DNA of 48,396 bases from Atractiella rhizophila (lineage: Eukaryota): positions 62,001 to 110,396 of the forward strand of contig MU271275.1 in NCBI GenBank assembly GCA_021432655.1, read 5' to 3'. The notes under the pieces were generated by a model. The model ran no database searches and had not been told where the DNA came from. It saw nothing but the letters and a program-made list of their open reading frames with translations. Positions 22,380-34,948 of this stretch are shown in pieces. The translations under genes were made by a program, and so were the position numbers. Each line of letters begins with the position of its first letter. Within the stretch, counting starts at the first letter, position 1.

Positions 22380-22906
22380 TTTGAATAAAGTCCCAGAGGA
22401 AGCCGCTTGATGGTTGTCTTAGATCTGAAAAACTTATTTAACAATATTCACGCCTCTTTGATTGCTCTAACCTGAGAATATGTCCACCAATTTACAAATC
22501 TTCAGGAAGGAGTATTGCCAGGGACGAGTTTGAGCCTCCAGCGGGGCTTTGGAATATTTATGAAGACAGCAAACGGGTTGGTCCCGTTGCTTGCGTTTGG
22601 CCGTACCCGTCACGAGCGCTGCGAACCCATCTGCCAAATGCACAAGCAATGCTTCTAGGGACCAAGGGCGAAGAACCAATTTTGTGAAACAACGACAGGG
22701 ACCAACGGTGAGGAACCAGTTTTGTCTCAGAACGGACAGCTTGCCTTTGACAATTCTTAGTATATTGCGATCATCAGAAATACACATTTCACTCTACTTA
22801 TTTGATGCTCGTTTCTACATTGGTGCGGCAAGTAAGCTGCTAACACGAGATAGGATCAATGAGGAGGAAGACCAAATAGGAAAAGCTAGTCATATAACCG
22901 TTGGGA

Positions 22907-23191
22907 TTACGCCAACATCGCCAAAGAGAGCAAAGCACCTCCTACTCCCACCACGCCAGTTGCCGCAGTTGTAGTCGTCGTTGCGATCCCAGCAGCCCCG
23001 ACTGATTGAGCGACCGCGAACAAACTCCCCGCCGCGACGTTACCAATGACGCTCTGGACGGCTGCAGCAGTGGACCCTGCAACGACTCCAGCTGCCCCGA
23101 AACCTACGACGCTTAGGATTGTTGGGGCTGCGAGAACCAAAGCTCCGCCAGCGACGAGAGGCACTGCGATGGGAACAAGAGGGAGCGGCAT
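22907..23191 (-). CDS. IFI6/IFI27 (ISG12)-like small hydrophobic protein, copy 3 (94 aa)
   Basis: MPLPLVPIAVPLVAGG...LSVVGFGAAGVVAGSTAAAVQSVIGNVAAGSLFAVAQSVGAAG... Confidence 0.87.
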   Translation of the reverse strand: MPLPLVPIAVPLVAGGALVLAAPTILSVVGFGAAGVVAGSTAAAVQSVIGNVAAGSLFAVAQSVGAAGIATTTTTAATGVVGVGGALLSLAMLA

Positions 23192-23803
23192 AGCTGGATG
23201 ATCTTGCGCCAAAACCAACTGGAACTGAAAGATCTGCCCGTGCCAGTGATGTCTGCGTCAGTGAGCTGGTTCAGAGAATCTGGGGAGAAACGCCTACGAA
23301 TGTTACGCCTTGTGGAGGTTGAGATCTCCTTTCTGATGCATGCTGCTTTTATGGGGTTCAATGAACGGACGAAGGTCACGGTTGGGCGCTTTGCGTCGTC
23401 CTCGTCTCTTCCAGAATTCACTCGAACTTTATCACACGAGGGTTACTCATATTCTCAACAACATTGTGGTTTGTGCGAACGTGGAGACAGCCCAATCTTT
23501 GAATGAGCCAACTTTGGCCGCTTGCGGGGTTCAAAAGTCTACTCCGATAGTAAAAACATTGAAAGGTCACCATTTTCGGAAGAGGCTTCACAGGTGCTCA
23601 CAATGGCATGATTTACGCTATATTTCTTCAGTTTGGACCTCAATGTCCTGGCCGGGGCGTCAGTACTTGAGTTGTCGCACAATACACCATTTGAAGACGA
23701 AACTCCATTTGCTTTGCGTTGCAATGAGAACTATCTTCGTTTTTACTCGAAAATATATGGTGCAGCCCTCAGTCAGTTCCCCTTTAGTTCAACGCTTACT
23801 ACA

Positions 23804-24104
23804 TCTGTTAACCATCCAAATAATATCCTTCCTAGACCTAATTTCAAAGTTTTCCTCATTTTGGCCTCGAACCTCCTTCCCGTCCTTGCCTCTTCAAGCT
23901 TCAACGTTCACTGACCAGATATCTAGCGGCAATGCACCTCCTTGTGCAGTCAAAACGAGCAGGTGAGTAGCATCACTGCACTTCCCCGTTATTACTCCAA
24001 ACAACGAGGAAAGTACGCCCTACGTGTGCAACACTTCGCTGACAGTCGGTACCTATCAGGCGCCAGCTTCGACTTGAAGGGAAACGGCTGCGATTGGGAG
24101 GAGT
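23804..24104 (-). pseudogene. Degenerate 3' fragment of membrane gene X (copy C)
   Basis: ctgttaaccatccaaataat...gatatctagcggcaatgca...ttcgacttgaagggaaa matches the last exon of X copies B and D, with indels and stops. Confidence 0.72.
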
Positions 24105-24379
24105 GAGCGCAGGATGCTCGTGGATTACGACTGCATGCGAACCGCAAAACTATGGTACCGTAGCCGGTTTGCATGTTAAACATTCCGAGCGATGTATTCT
24201 TGCCTTCTTGCCCTCAGAGATGCAAGACTAACTTTCAGTCACTTAGTTGATGATTATTGTCCTATGCTGCTCACACAAGTTCGACTTGATCCGGCATTAA
24301 GACGGGGCGATAGCAACCATGTGGACAAACAAAAGGCATATTGCTTTACGAGTGCTATCTTTCATGCCATTGTTGCACC

Positions 24380-25441
24380 TTACTTCAACGGATCGGTCAA
24401 CCATCCAAATAATGTCCTGCCTGGCCACACTTTCAAAATTTCCCAGATGTCGCCTTCGAATTTCTTTCCAATCTTTGCTTCTTCAATGCCAACAAGATAT
24501 CTAGCGGTAATGCAGCTCCCTGTGAAGTCAAACACGAGCAGTTGAGTAGCATCGTTCCACTACCCCGTTGCCATCCCCGCCAGTGAACCCAGCAAGCCAA
24601 ATGCGTGCAACACTTTGCTGAGAGTTGGTACCCATGAAGGCACTGCACTTCGACTTGAAGGGGAAATAGTTGCGGTTGGCAGCAGTGCCAAAGGAGATAG
24701 TTGGAAACTACTTTCCATTTCAGCGGACGAAACAGTCTACGCGGATGAGGACAGGACTAAGATAAAGCAGGTTGGGAACCAGCAAGGCGAGGTCGTTGGT
24801 ACCATCGCACTTCCCAGCCATGTCAAGATCACAATTGAAACATCAAACGTTTCGAAATGTGGTTTGTTCAGACGTGTTGTCTTCTGCAGATGGATGAATA
24901 TCTTTCGAAGGTAGTAGAGAGTGGCCGTACTTCCATTAAAAATCTATCTGCCATAAAAGTGGCACGTAAAGACCTGGTAGGGCAACACCCAACGTTGTGA
25001 CTTGTCCAAGAGCGAAAGTGAGAGTTGTCATAAAAGCGAAGAGCAGAAATGATCTCTCCCTGAGGCAGCGAGTGAAAGCGTAGAATTCGAGCCAGAAGGC
25101 GGCAAACAAAAACTGAACCTATTTTTTTCTCCTCATTATTTTTTTGTGTGAAAATTGAAATGGTTGAATGCTCACACCGACAGCTAATATGCCGCCTTCC
25201 TCAGCGTGTTGGCGGAAGAATGCCATGATAATGCACAGGATGTGGTCACCTACTCCTACTGTCCAACCAAAGACTTTTCCTTGGGATAGAGCAGAGTATT
25301 CAGCAGTGAGGATAGACAGTGTGCGACCGTATGTGAGGAACGATGGAGGGCTAAAGACGAGTTGCCAGATTATATAAGCGGTCAAGGGAGAGTTATAGGT
25401 AACAGAAGGAAGGAAGATGAGGATGCCAGAGGAGATAACAT
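24380..25441 (-). pseudogene. Membrane gene X, copy B (frameshift and nonsense)
   Basis: Full-length paralogue. It has a frameshift near 25385 (ITLP* instead of ITLLTAY) and TAG at 24560-24562 (MATG*WNDATQ vs ATGKWNDATQ in copy D). Confidence 0.75.
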
Positions 25442-25824
25442 GATCCACGACAAATGCTCTCCCCGATCGACGATAGTCCTAAAAGCCTTAAAGAAGAGGC
25501 ACCAATAGTAAACCGGAAGTTTTTGGCTCCACCCCAGCTTATAGCTGTAAAGGTCTGCACAGCTGCTAGCTGTTAACGTACTGAATCCATGTTGACCAAA
25601 CGAGCCTGGCCGAGGTACACCACACGGAAGAGGTCTAGATTTGGGTACCAAATAGCGCGCTTGGTGCATGATGAGCGTGAAGAACAGGCGGGAGCCAGGT
25701 TATGTTGATAAGACGCAATTGCCTGAGGTCGTTCGAAATGATTGATGATTTCCATTGAGGCCTAAGATAAAATCTAGTCATAGCAACATGGACGAACTCA
25801 CTCGTCTTTACCTCCTCCCCTGAC

Positions 25825-26924
25825 TTATTCATGTGCAGTAATCCATTGAAATAAGACCCTGGTTGGTCCCAACCTCATAATCTTCCACCAACCTTCTAGC
25901 AACATTCTTCCCGTCCGCGCTTCTTCAATCACGCCAAGGTATGCAGCAGAAATGCAAACTCCAGCAAAGTCGAAGAAGAGGAATTGGGTGGCATCGTTCC
26001 AGTTCCCCATCGCTAGCCCTAAAATGGATAACGACACGCCGGAGAGGTAAAATGCGGTGCTGAGTCTAGAGCACCAAGATGGGATCGAACTTCGATGAGA
26101 GGGGAAGAAGATAGCTGACGGGAGGAGGGCGAGGGGAGAGAATTGGAAGCTGCGTTCTCATCAGGCTCTCAGGTTTCGAGGACAGGAGTCCAAGGTGGAC
26201 GGACAAGATGCAAATCGGAAGCCAGTAGGATGAACTAGTTGGGATAAATACGCTTCCGAGCCATGTAGTAATGACAATCACTATAGCTGAAATGTTCAGG
26301 ATGCCAAAAAGCGCGTTAGTAGGACGTGTCGTTCTCTACTTGCCATCACCCATCATTCAGATGATGTGTGACGCGTGGAATGAGAAATAAGCGCGCACTT
26401 TCATCAGGGATCGGTCTGCCATAAACAGAGGAACGTAGACAGCGGGGAGGGCGACGCCAATAGCTATGATTTGTCCTAAAGCGGATACAAGCATAGTCGT
26501 AAAAGGTGAAAGCAGGTACGAGCGGCTCTTCATGGATCCAGCAAAAGTATAAAAGTCCAACCAGAATGCAGAGAAGAGTAATTGGATCTAAAGAGGAGTT
26601 CAGCGGCGCCGCAGTATTTCTTTGAAAGCGAATTAGACACACCCCAATCGCCAAGACTTTACCTTCCTCTGCATGTTGTCGGAAGAAAGCCACTATAATA
26701 CACATAATGTCCATGTCTGTCCACCCGTCGTTGACGTCTCTCCCCTTCCTTCTCAGAGGATCAGCACATTCAGCAGCGAGAACAGCGCCAGGGCGTCCGT
26801 GCGTGAGGAAAGAAGGAGGGGTAAAAGCGAGTGTGGAGACGGTATAAGCTGTGAGAAGGGAGAACGGAAGGAGGAGGATAACGCGTGGTGAGATCCACGG
26901 ACGACGTAGGGCGGAAGCAGACAT
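25825..26924 (-). CDS. Multi-pass membrane protein X, copy A (4 exons), resembling fungal CtvD/AurD/PaxA-type membrane proteins
   Basis: Spliced in frame: MSASALRRPW...DIMCIIVAFFRQHAEEGKVLAIG|IQLLFSAFWLDFY...LGQIIAIGVALPAVYVP...MK|RTTRP...YWLPICI|FQFSPL...WNDATQFLFFD...LGPTRVLFQWITAHE*. The motif series (VxFF, GQxxxIGVxxP, W..FQxxP, FLxxD, GP....W...E) recalls the CtvD-like family; the assignment is tentative. Confidence 0.72.
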
Positions 26925-27369
26925 CGTGATTGTGTAGGTTCTCAGAGGTGAAGAGTTTACAGATGGAAAGGGGGAGGAAGAAGCCTTTCTTTCTATACCC
27001 CATCTTGTTCGGGAGAAGTGGAGGATAGTGGAGCTGCAAATCTCGGTAGGTCTACATCGCATCGAGAATTGTACCTGTCGCGATCGGCGTTGCATGATGT
27101 CGTTCAACCAACATCGAGTCAAACAGGAACCAAGGCTGGGCAGGTTCTCCGCCGAGGTTAATTGGAGGCACCGTTTGCGCAGTTGTTGGGAGGCAATTTG
27201 AATAAAAGAAAACAAATCGGTCAAATATTGCATTGAACATGGAAGCATAGATTCGATGCTTGAACAGAATTGCATGTGGACAATGTTTTCTCGTGTGGTG
27301 CATAGATGCCGGACCAAAATAAACGATAGAGTGTAAAACACCAAATTGCGAATGCCGAAACAAAGATTA

Positions 27370-28498
27370 CTTACTTCGAATACCTCCAACAGCAAACATT
27401 AGTCACATCACCGCTCTGAAATCAACACCTCCACCTCTTCCCAATAACCTTCGCAACCTCAACCGAGCGCACCTCCTCCTCCATATCCGTACTCTCACTT
27501 CCAGCACTATCGCTTTCCCACTCCTCCTCCTCTCCCTCCTCTCCCTCTCCCACATCCAACGGGCTCCCTCCCTTCACCGGCTCCTTGGTAGCGCTAGAGA
27601 CGGAGGAGACGGATCTGTTGAGTGGAGAGTTGGTGAAAGGGGAGGAGAAGATGGATTTCCCCGACTCCGGAGAGGATATGGTGGAGGCGGTGAGGGCGGG
27701 TGATGCAGAGACTGAGCGGGGAGAGGTGGAGCCGATGGGGAAGACGGAGAGGAGGAAGGGGTTCGAGATCTTCCTCCCTGTGCTCTTTTCGCCAGAGCTT
27801 CTAGTCCTGCGATCAGAATCTCGTTATCTTGATGCTGAAGGAGAAGGAGAAAATGCGCACGACGAGGAGAAGATGTCTGGAGTGAGTGAAAGGCTGCTTA
27901 GTCCTTTCGTAAGAGCATCAAGTGAGGGAGGAACGGGTGATCCTTGTCCTTGTCCTTGTCCTTTAGACGGGCTCGAAGGAGGTGTGGAGAGGAGAGGTAG
28001 AGAACGAGAGAGGTCACTTGAATTCCGCGCTCCCGGGGATTTCTCTGCTATCTCAAACTCGCTCAGCTGCCATTCATGCCCATCCAAAAGGTCAGTGTGT
28101 TGTATTCACAAAGAAGGAACAAAGGACGGACCTGTATGGAATCGAACGCGCTCTTCTTCCTCGGACAGAGCTCCTCGTCCTCGCTCTCTTCTCCCGTACC
28201 TAGCCCACGACGCGACAACAAAAGTCAGTCTCCTTCATTTGCGTCTCTACGGATGACAGAACGAAGGAGACGTACGTATCCTCTTTGGTGGGCTCTTGAA
28301 AGGCATGGACTTGCTCAACCTCGGATCCTTAGGTCTAGGAGGAGGACCCAGCCCAAGAGCTAGTATTTCGCTTTTCGAACAAGTGAAAGGCGATCTTTTC
28401 GAAGCATTGGTGGTGTGGGTGGACCGGGAAGGTGATGCCGATGCTGGTGGTGATGGTGATTGTCGTTTGGGCTTTTTGGGCGTGAGGAAAGGGTCCAT
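27370..28498 (-). CDS. Hypothetical Ser/Pro-rich protein, multi-exon (3' end approximate)
   Basis: MDPFLTPKKPKRQSPSPP... plus downstream S/P-rich frames (27824-28087) and an acidic tail near 27480-27580; head-to-head with the MRC1-like gene. Confidence 0.55.
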
Positions 28499-28683
28499 GC
28501 TGCTGATTGTAAACTGTTGGAGGTACCTGGGACGCCTTGACGGTTTAAAAGGCAAGATAAACTGTCACCGTCGTTGCTGGAATCTTGTGATTTGTGATGA
28601 AGGAAGAAAGTTGCGCTTTACTTTTCGATCAGAGTGGACGTACATACAATGATGACACACGTGACTGTCTTCCAACTACTAAA

Positions 28684-28691
28684 ACGCGAAA
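28684..28691 (+). promoter_or_regulatory. MCB/SCB-like cell-cycle element ACGCGAAA in the MRC1 promoter
   Basis: ACGCGAAA ~60 nt upstream of the ATG at 28750, with another ACGCG at ~28724. Yeast MRC1 genes are G1/S MBF targets. Confidence 0.4.
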
Positions 28692-28749
28692 GTGAACAAT
28701 ACGCACACAATCAACCTTTCCAGACGCGAGTTCAGCCTCAGGAGTCCGT

Positions 28750-31700
28750 ATGGAGACCTCGCCCACCGTGCAGAAGGGCACAACGCGCAGAATAGTGACA
28801 TACGGAAGCAAGGCATCCAAGGCACCACTCCTCTCTCCCGCTCCCGCAGCCGCCAACGCAAAGGAAGCAAAGGACTCGACGCCCATCGTCGGTCGCGCCT
28901 CGCTCTCCCCATCCGCCAATACTTCTCCCACGCCTACTCCTAGTTCACGTGTCGCGGACGGCTCCGATTCGGATGGGAGCGATGGAGAAGGTGTCGAGAG
29001 CTTGAAGGCTCAGTTGGGCCTTGGGGATTGGAAGAAGCAGCTGGCTATGATGGATGCGGACGAGGGATACGTGCCTGATGGTCTGTCTCTTCCTCAGCGC
29101 GATGGTGGTGGCGAAGATGAGATGGAGACGGGGATGGAGCTCCATTCCTCTCCTCCGGAAACACCAGTCAAGTCTCCGCCGTCGTCGCAGAGGAGCACAC
29201 GAACGATGACCGGCACGGAGTTGCTGGATATCCACCTCTCGCAATCTCAATCACCCCTTCCAGCGAACGTGAAGAAGAATATCAAAAAGAGGCGTGTCGT
29301 CTTGTCGGATGAAGAAGACGAGGAGGAGTCTGCGAAGGAGAAGAAGAAGAGGCGTACTCCTCCTCCTGACCGTTCTGACCGTGAAGGTAGTGAAGAGGAG
29401 CGCGAAGAAGAAGATGACGATGATGTTCCTGATGTGACCGTTGCGATGAAGAGGGAGGAAGCCCGTCGGCGGAAGGAGAAGAAGAAGGGAGCTGCGGTCA
29501 TACAGGAGGAGGAGGAGGAAAGAGAAGAGCAGGAGGGGGAGGGAAGCAAGAAAAAGCGGAAATCGAAAGGCAAAGAACCGAAGCTAAAGGTCTGTCTTCC
29601 TTATGGACTTACTTAGCTAGGGCAGACCGTTGATGGGATGGGGCGAGTAGAAGATTAGTAAGAAAGAGCTCGAGGCTTCACGCGCAGAGATTCAAAGATA
29701 CAATCGGGGTAATTATTCATTTCCTACCTTGCCTTGCTCTCTTTGACATATACTCATTGGGACTCCTTACAAACGACAGAACAAGACGTAGTTGTTCCTA
29801 CCACTCGAAATCGCTTGGATCCCAAAGATTTGTGGGACAAATTACAAAAGTCCACCAAGGCCCCATCAAATGCACAGGCGACATGGCGGCCGATCATCGA
29901 GCGCCAACCACAGCTGAAAGCGAAGAAGGAAAAACGAGATCTGACCTTGCTCGAAAAGACATCTTCCATCAACGACCCCGACGACATCGACGTCGAGCTC
30001 CACCGTGAGCGACGGTCGAAGCGGTCCAAAAGCGTCAAGGACGGGAGCGAGATCGAAGAGACTCCTGCGAAACCTTTCGTGGATATGGATATGGGAATGA
30101 CGCTGGAGGTGGATGAGGAGTTTGAGATGCAAGTGGATGGGAATGCGGAGGGGGAGGGCACGGCAGAAGAGGGAGAAGGAGAGGAAGCCGTGGGTGGAAT
30201 GAACGCTCTCTTCGCCAGGATACAACAAAAGCATTTCGCTCCAGGACCCCAAATGTCCGGTGACGGAGACTCCTCTTCCGACGACGACCTCGAACTAGTT
30301 GGCGAACCCGCAGATTCAAAATCGAAGGCGAAGGCGAGGCGACCGCTCCTTCACCACCAATCCCAATCTCTCCCCACCAAGTCACAATTCGCACAGAGGG
30401 CGCGAACGTTCAATCCCGAGTCTTCATCCCCCATCATGGTCCAAACGACCACCAAGAAGGCTCGTTCCACTCTGCTCAACCTGCACGGTCCCGCTCTTGC
30501 CAAATCTCGGAAGAAGCTCGACTTTGGGCAGACGAAGCCGTATCCGAATTCGAATTCGACTTCGAACGCCAGGAGGCCAGAGGTGACGCATGAGAGTTTG
30601 AATTCGAGGTTGTTGCTTGAGGCGTCAAGGAAGAATTTGGAGTTGAGGGAGAAGAAGAGGGAGGAGTGGATGAAGAGAGGTCCGAGTAGGATTGAGAGGT
30701 TGAGAGAGGCGCAGAGGGAGTTGGAGAGGGATGAGGGTGTGAAGACGGGGATGGAGCTCCATTCCTCTCCTCCGGAAACACCAGTCAAGTCTCCGCCGTC
30801 GTCGCAGAGGAGCACACGAACGATGACCGGCACGGAGCTGCTGGATATCCACCTCTCGCAATCGCAATCACCTCTTCCAGCGAACGTGAAGAAGAATATT
30901 AAAAAGAGGCGTGTCGTCTTGTCGGATGAAGAAGACGAGGAGGAGTCTGCGAAGGAGAAGAAGACGAGGCGTACTCCTCCTCCTGACCGTTCCGACGGCG
31001 AAGATAGTGAAGAGGAGCGCGAAGATGAAGAAGATGATGTTCCTGATGTGGCCGTTGCGATGAAGAGGGAGGAAGCCCGTCGGCAGAAGGAGAAGAAGAA
31101 TGGAGCTGCGGTCATACAGGAGGAGATGGAGGAAAGTGAGGAGCAGGAGGGAGAGGGAAGCAGGAAGAAGCGGAAATCGAAAGGCAAAGAACCGAAGCTA
31201 AAGGTTTGTCTTTCTTATGTTCTTACTTAGCTAGGGTAGATCGTTGATGGGATGGGGCGAGTAGAAGATTAGTAAGAAAGAGCTCGAGGCTTCACGCGCA
31301 GAGATTCAAAGATATAATCGGGGTAATTACTCATTTGCTCTTGCTCTCTTGACATATACTCATTGGGACTACTTACAAATGACAGAACAAGACGTAGTTG
31401 TTCCTACCACTCGAAATCGCTTGGATCCCAAAGATTTGTGGGACAAATTACAAAAGTCCACCAAGGTCCCATCAAATGCACAGGCGACATGGCGGCCGAT
31501 CATCGAGCGCCAACCACAGCCGAGAGCGAAGAAGGAAAAACGAGACCTGACCTTGCTCGAAAAGACATCTTCCATCAACGACCCCGACGACATCGACGTC
31601 GAGCTCCACCGTGAGCGACGGTCGAAGCGGTCCAAAAGTGTCAAGGACGGGAGCGAGATCGAGGAGACTCCTGCGAAACCTTTGGTGGATATGAATATGG

Positions 31701-34587
31701 GGATGACGCTGGAGGTTGATGAGGAGTTTGAGATGCAAGTGGATGGGAATGCGGAGGGGGAGGGCACGGAAGAAGAGGGAGAAGGAGAGGAAGCCGAGGG
31801 TGGAATGGACGCTCTCTTCGCTAGGATACAACAAAAGCATTTCGCTCCAGGACCCCAAATGTCCGGTGACGGAGACTCCTCTTCCGACGACGGCCTCGAA
31901 CTAGTTGGCGAGCCAGCAGATCCGAAAACGAAGACGAAAGCGAGGCGACCGCTCCTTCACCACCAATCCCAATCCCTCCCCACCAAGTCACAATTCGCAC
32001 AGAGGGCGCGAACGTTCAATCCCGAGTCTTCATCCCCCATCATGGTCCAAACGACCACCAAGAAGGCCCGATCCACTCTGCTCAACCTGCACGGTCCCGC
32101 TCTTGCCAAATCTCGGAAGAAGCTCGACTTTGGGCAGACGAAGCCGTACCCGAATTCGAATTCGAATTTGAACGCCAGGAGGCCAGAAGTGACGCATGAG
32201 AGTTTGAATTCGAGGTTGTTGCTTGAGGCATCGAGGAAGAATTTGGAGTTGAGGGAGAAGAAGAGGGAGGAGTGGATGAAGAGAGGTCCGAGTAGGATTG
32301 AGAGGTTGAGAGAGGCGCAGAGGGAGTTGGAGAGGGATGAGGGTGTGCAGAAGAAGGAGACGCTGATGGAGGTGTTGGAGAGGAAGAGGAGAGAGAAGGA
32401 TTTGTCTGGGGGAGAGGATGAGGAGGAGGAGGAAGATGCAGATTGGACACCGGATATGGAAGGGAGAGAGGAGGAGGAAGAGCCAGTGGTTGATTTTGAC
32501 GAAGATGAGAATATTGTGGAGAAGATGGATGAGGAGGTGGAGGAGGAAGATGAAGAGGAAGAGGAGGAAGTTCCCGCTGTGACAGAGGAGCAGGAAGAAC
32601 AGAAGGAGGAGGAGGGTCCCGCTTCACCAACCAAGGAAATCGGCCACGATCTTGCTCCCAAACTCGATGACAAACCGCCTGCGACAATGGACCCTAACGA
32701 ATTTATCGTTTTCGATGGTCCCATGGACCTCGGCGGAGGCGGATTTTCTCAATTCTTCAACGATGGCGTTAGTCAGGCGAATGGCAAGGCAGCCCTCGAA
32801 GTCGCTCCCACACAAGGACCTCTTCTTGCACCAGCAGCAACATTCGACTTCCTACCTTCGATTCCGATATCACAAGCCGGCAAAGAACGAGATGCACAAA
32901 TAATCGAGGAGGCTCTCGGTGGATTTGGAGTTAAGGTCCCTGAGCAGCCGAAGGAGACTTTCATAAACTCTCAGGGGTGAGCTCCGTGCTGTTGGCTTTC
33001 GACGGCGAGCAACGTTGACTCTGAAATAGATTCTTCACACAGACCCGTCCTGCTGATATGGACATCGACGACCTCCTAACCACTAATTCTCATCCACTGT
33101 TCCCCTATGAGCCTAGCCAGTTTACTCAATCTCAACGCGATTCGCCCACTCAACTACGTATCTTACCCAGTCTAGCAGAGCAAGATGAGGAGATGGAGCC
33201 TGACATAGAGTCAGAAGCCCAAAAGAATGCTGCGCCGAACGCATTCGACTTGCTTCAGGCTGGTGCAAGAATGGCTGCGAAGGTGAAGGAACGTGAAGAG
33301 AGAAACAAGGCTAGGAAGGAGAGGGCGGCGGACGCGGCGGATTTTATCAACGATGCTGCAGTGGAGTCTGATGAGGAGAATGAACGGTGGGGCTTGAAGT
33401 TTGGTGGAAAGGGCGACGATGAGGAAGAAGACCCAAATGATGATGGGAAAGATGTGGCGGAGATGATGGATGACACTGCCGTCGATGCGGAGACGAAGGC
33501 TCAGCAGGACGCTCTAGCGGAGGAGAGATACAGGTTCGTCTTCATTCTTTGTCTCCCTATCAAACTCTGACGTTCCCCATCGTTCAGGCAAGACTTAGAG
33601 ATGGATGAAGCGAAGAGACAGAAGAAAGCAGAAGAGATCGTGCAGGGAAAAGTCAGGCGAAAGCGAAAGACTAATGACCTTGACTTGGACAGCGACTTTT
33701 CAGAAGATGACGATGATTTTGGAAAGTCAAAGAAGTTTAGGGAAAAGAAGAGGAAGCTTGCTGGGAACAACAAATGGGAATCTCTTCGTAGGTCGTTTCT
33801 ATCTCCACTTAGTGTGAGCGACTGATCATCTTCCATAGGTGAGAAGCCTGACATGGCTGCATGGTGCAAAACGTATGATGGCATGGCTGTTGTTGAAGAT
33901 GGCAATTACGGCTTTCTCGTCGAAGCTGAAGTGGAAGGCAGAGGTGACTCTGAAAGTGACGAAGGAGAGTCACAGAAACCTAAGGCCAAGGTAAATCATA
34001 CTCTCCTAATCGTCCAGCCGCTGATGCGTTATGCCAGCCTTCTCGTCGTCAGCAAGAACGTCTGCGCGAGTTCGAAAGAGACGAGGCAGAATTAGAGGAT
34101 GCTATTCAAGAAGCCGCAATGCGGGACGCTCATCTCCTCAAACTTGACCATAGCAGCTCTCCCGTTAAATACGAAACTAACGACTACTATGGTGTCTCTG
34201 CCCCTCAAAAGCTTGCAGGACACGTGGGGACCTCGAGCGGGAGCATAGTGCGTGTCTTATTCTTCTCGTCCTGACTATGTTAAGCCTCTGCTGCAGGACG
34301 CTTGGAATTACACCCTAACGGCCCACTTAAAGCCGTCAGAAAGGCAGCTGCGCTTTGCAGAACAGGCGAAGAAGCTGAATAACGAGGAATCTCAAAGTGA
34401 TGGTCGCGTTGCAGGAAAGAACAGCGCGGTCACGAGCTTCAAGACCTCGAAACCAAGGCCAGCAACAAAATCATTTATTGCAACGGCCCCTGGAAAAGGG
34501 AAGCAACCTTCCAAGGCTGTTTCCGGAAAGAGTGATGATTTGAAAGGACGATTAACGAGGTTGGGGAAGGAGAAGTCTTTCCGGTAG
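28750..34587 (+). CDS. MRC1: Mediator of replication checkpoint Mrc1/claspin-like protein with an internal tandem duplication
   Basis: Long acidic/basic disordered protein with many S/TQ sites (FTQTRP, SQFTQSQ...PTQ) and a C-terminal MRC1-like domain: NAFDLL...FINDAAVESDEE..WG...DDEEED...EMMDD...ERYRQDLEMDE....EEIVQGKVRRKRK...DSDFSEDDDD. Confidence 0.8.
29126..32347 (+). repeat. Intragenic tandem duplication, 2 x ~1.61 kb (29126-30742 and 30743-32347)
   Basis: agacggggatggagctccattcc... starts at 29126 and 30743, and both copies end ...gagggatgagggtgtg. Each copy holds two introns and a short exon; the copies differ by scattered substitutions and indels. Confidence 0.95.
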
Positions 34588-34948
34588 AGGATGACTGGCC
34601 AAATCGCACATGTTTCGTTTTTCTTCTCGCACGTTGAGCTATGTTTGGATTTCCTTGCCTTTTTGCTTGGTTGCATGTGTACTATAACCCCAATGCAAAT
34701 GCCAGTCACATTCCTGATCTAATTTCGCTGGTTTCGGGTCCCGCTTCTTCAGTGCCAAAAGCATCATTGTCGCATCATCATCAGTATATCAGGCTAGAAT
34801 GATGATATACACGAAAAGGATATGTACACTTTAAAAAAAGAGATTCATCAGTGGATTCGTGTTGCTCATGAGTATAATATTGCTTGTGATGTCGAATGAC
34901 GAATAACTGAACAGACTAGTTGCACTGAATATCGTTGAATGCTGAAGC

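Larger units (their letters stand above)
23016..26006. repeat. Segmental duplication, right copy (~3.0 kb; paralogous to 19157-22015)
   Basis: Same colinear blocks as the left copy; similarity stops at ...gcatcgttccagttcc (26006/22015). Confidence 0.92.

Noticed and set aside
26925..27395. N-terminal extension of the 349-aa ORF 26346-27395
   Set aside because: Paralogous X copies begin at about the position of Met 26924, the extension starts at a non-ATG codon, and the ORF's end runs through an intron out of frame.
29247..32724. Long Ser-rich minus-strand ORFs (e.g. 30351-31187, 31957-32724)
   Set aside because: Antisense shadows of the GAG/GAA-rich MRC1-like coding strand.
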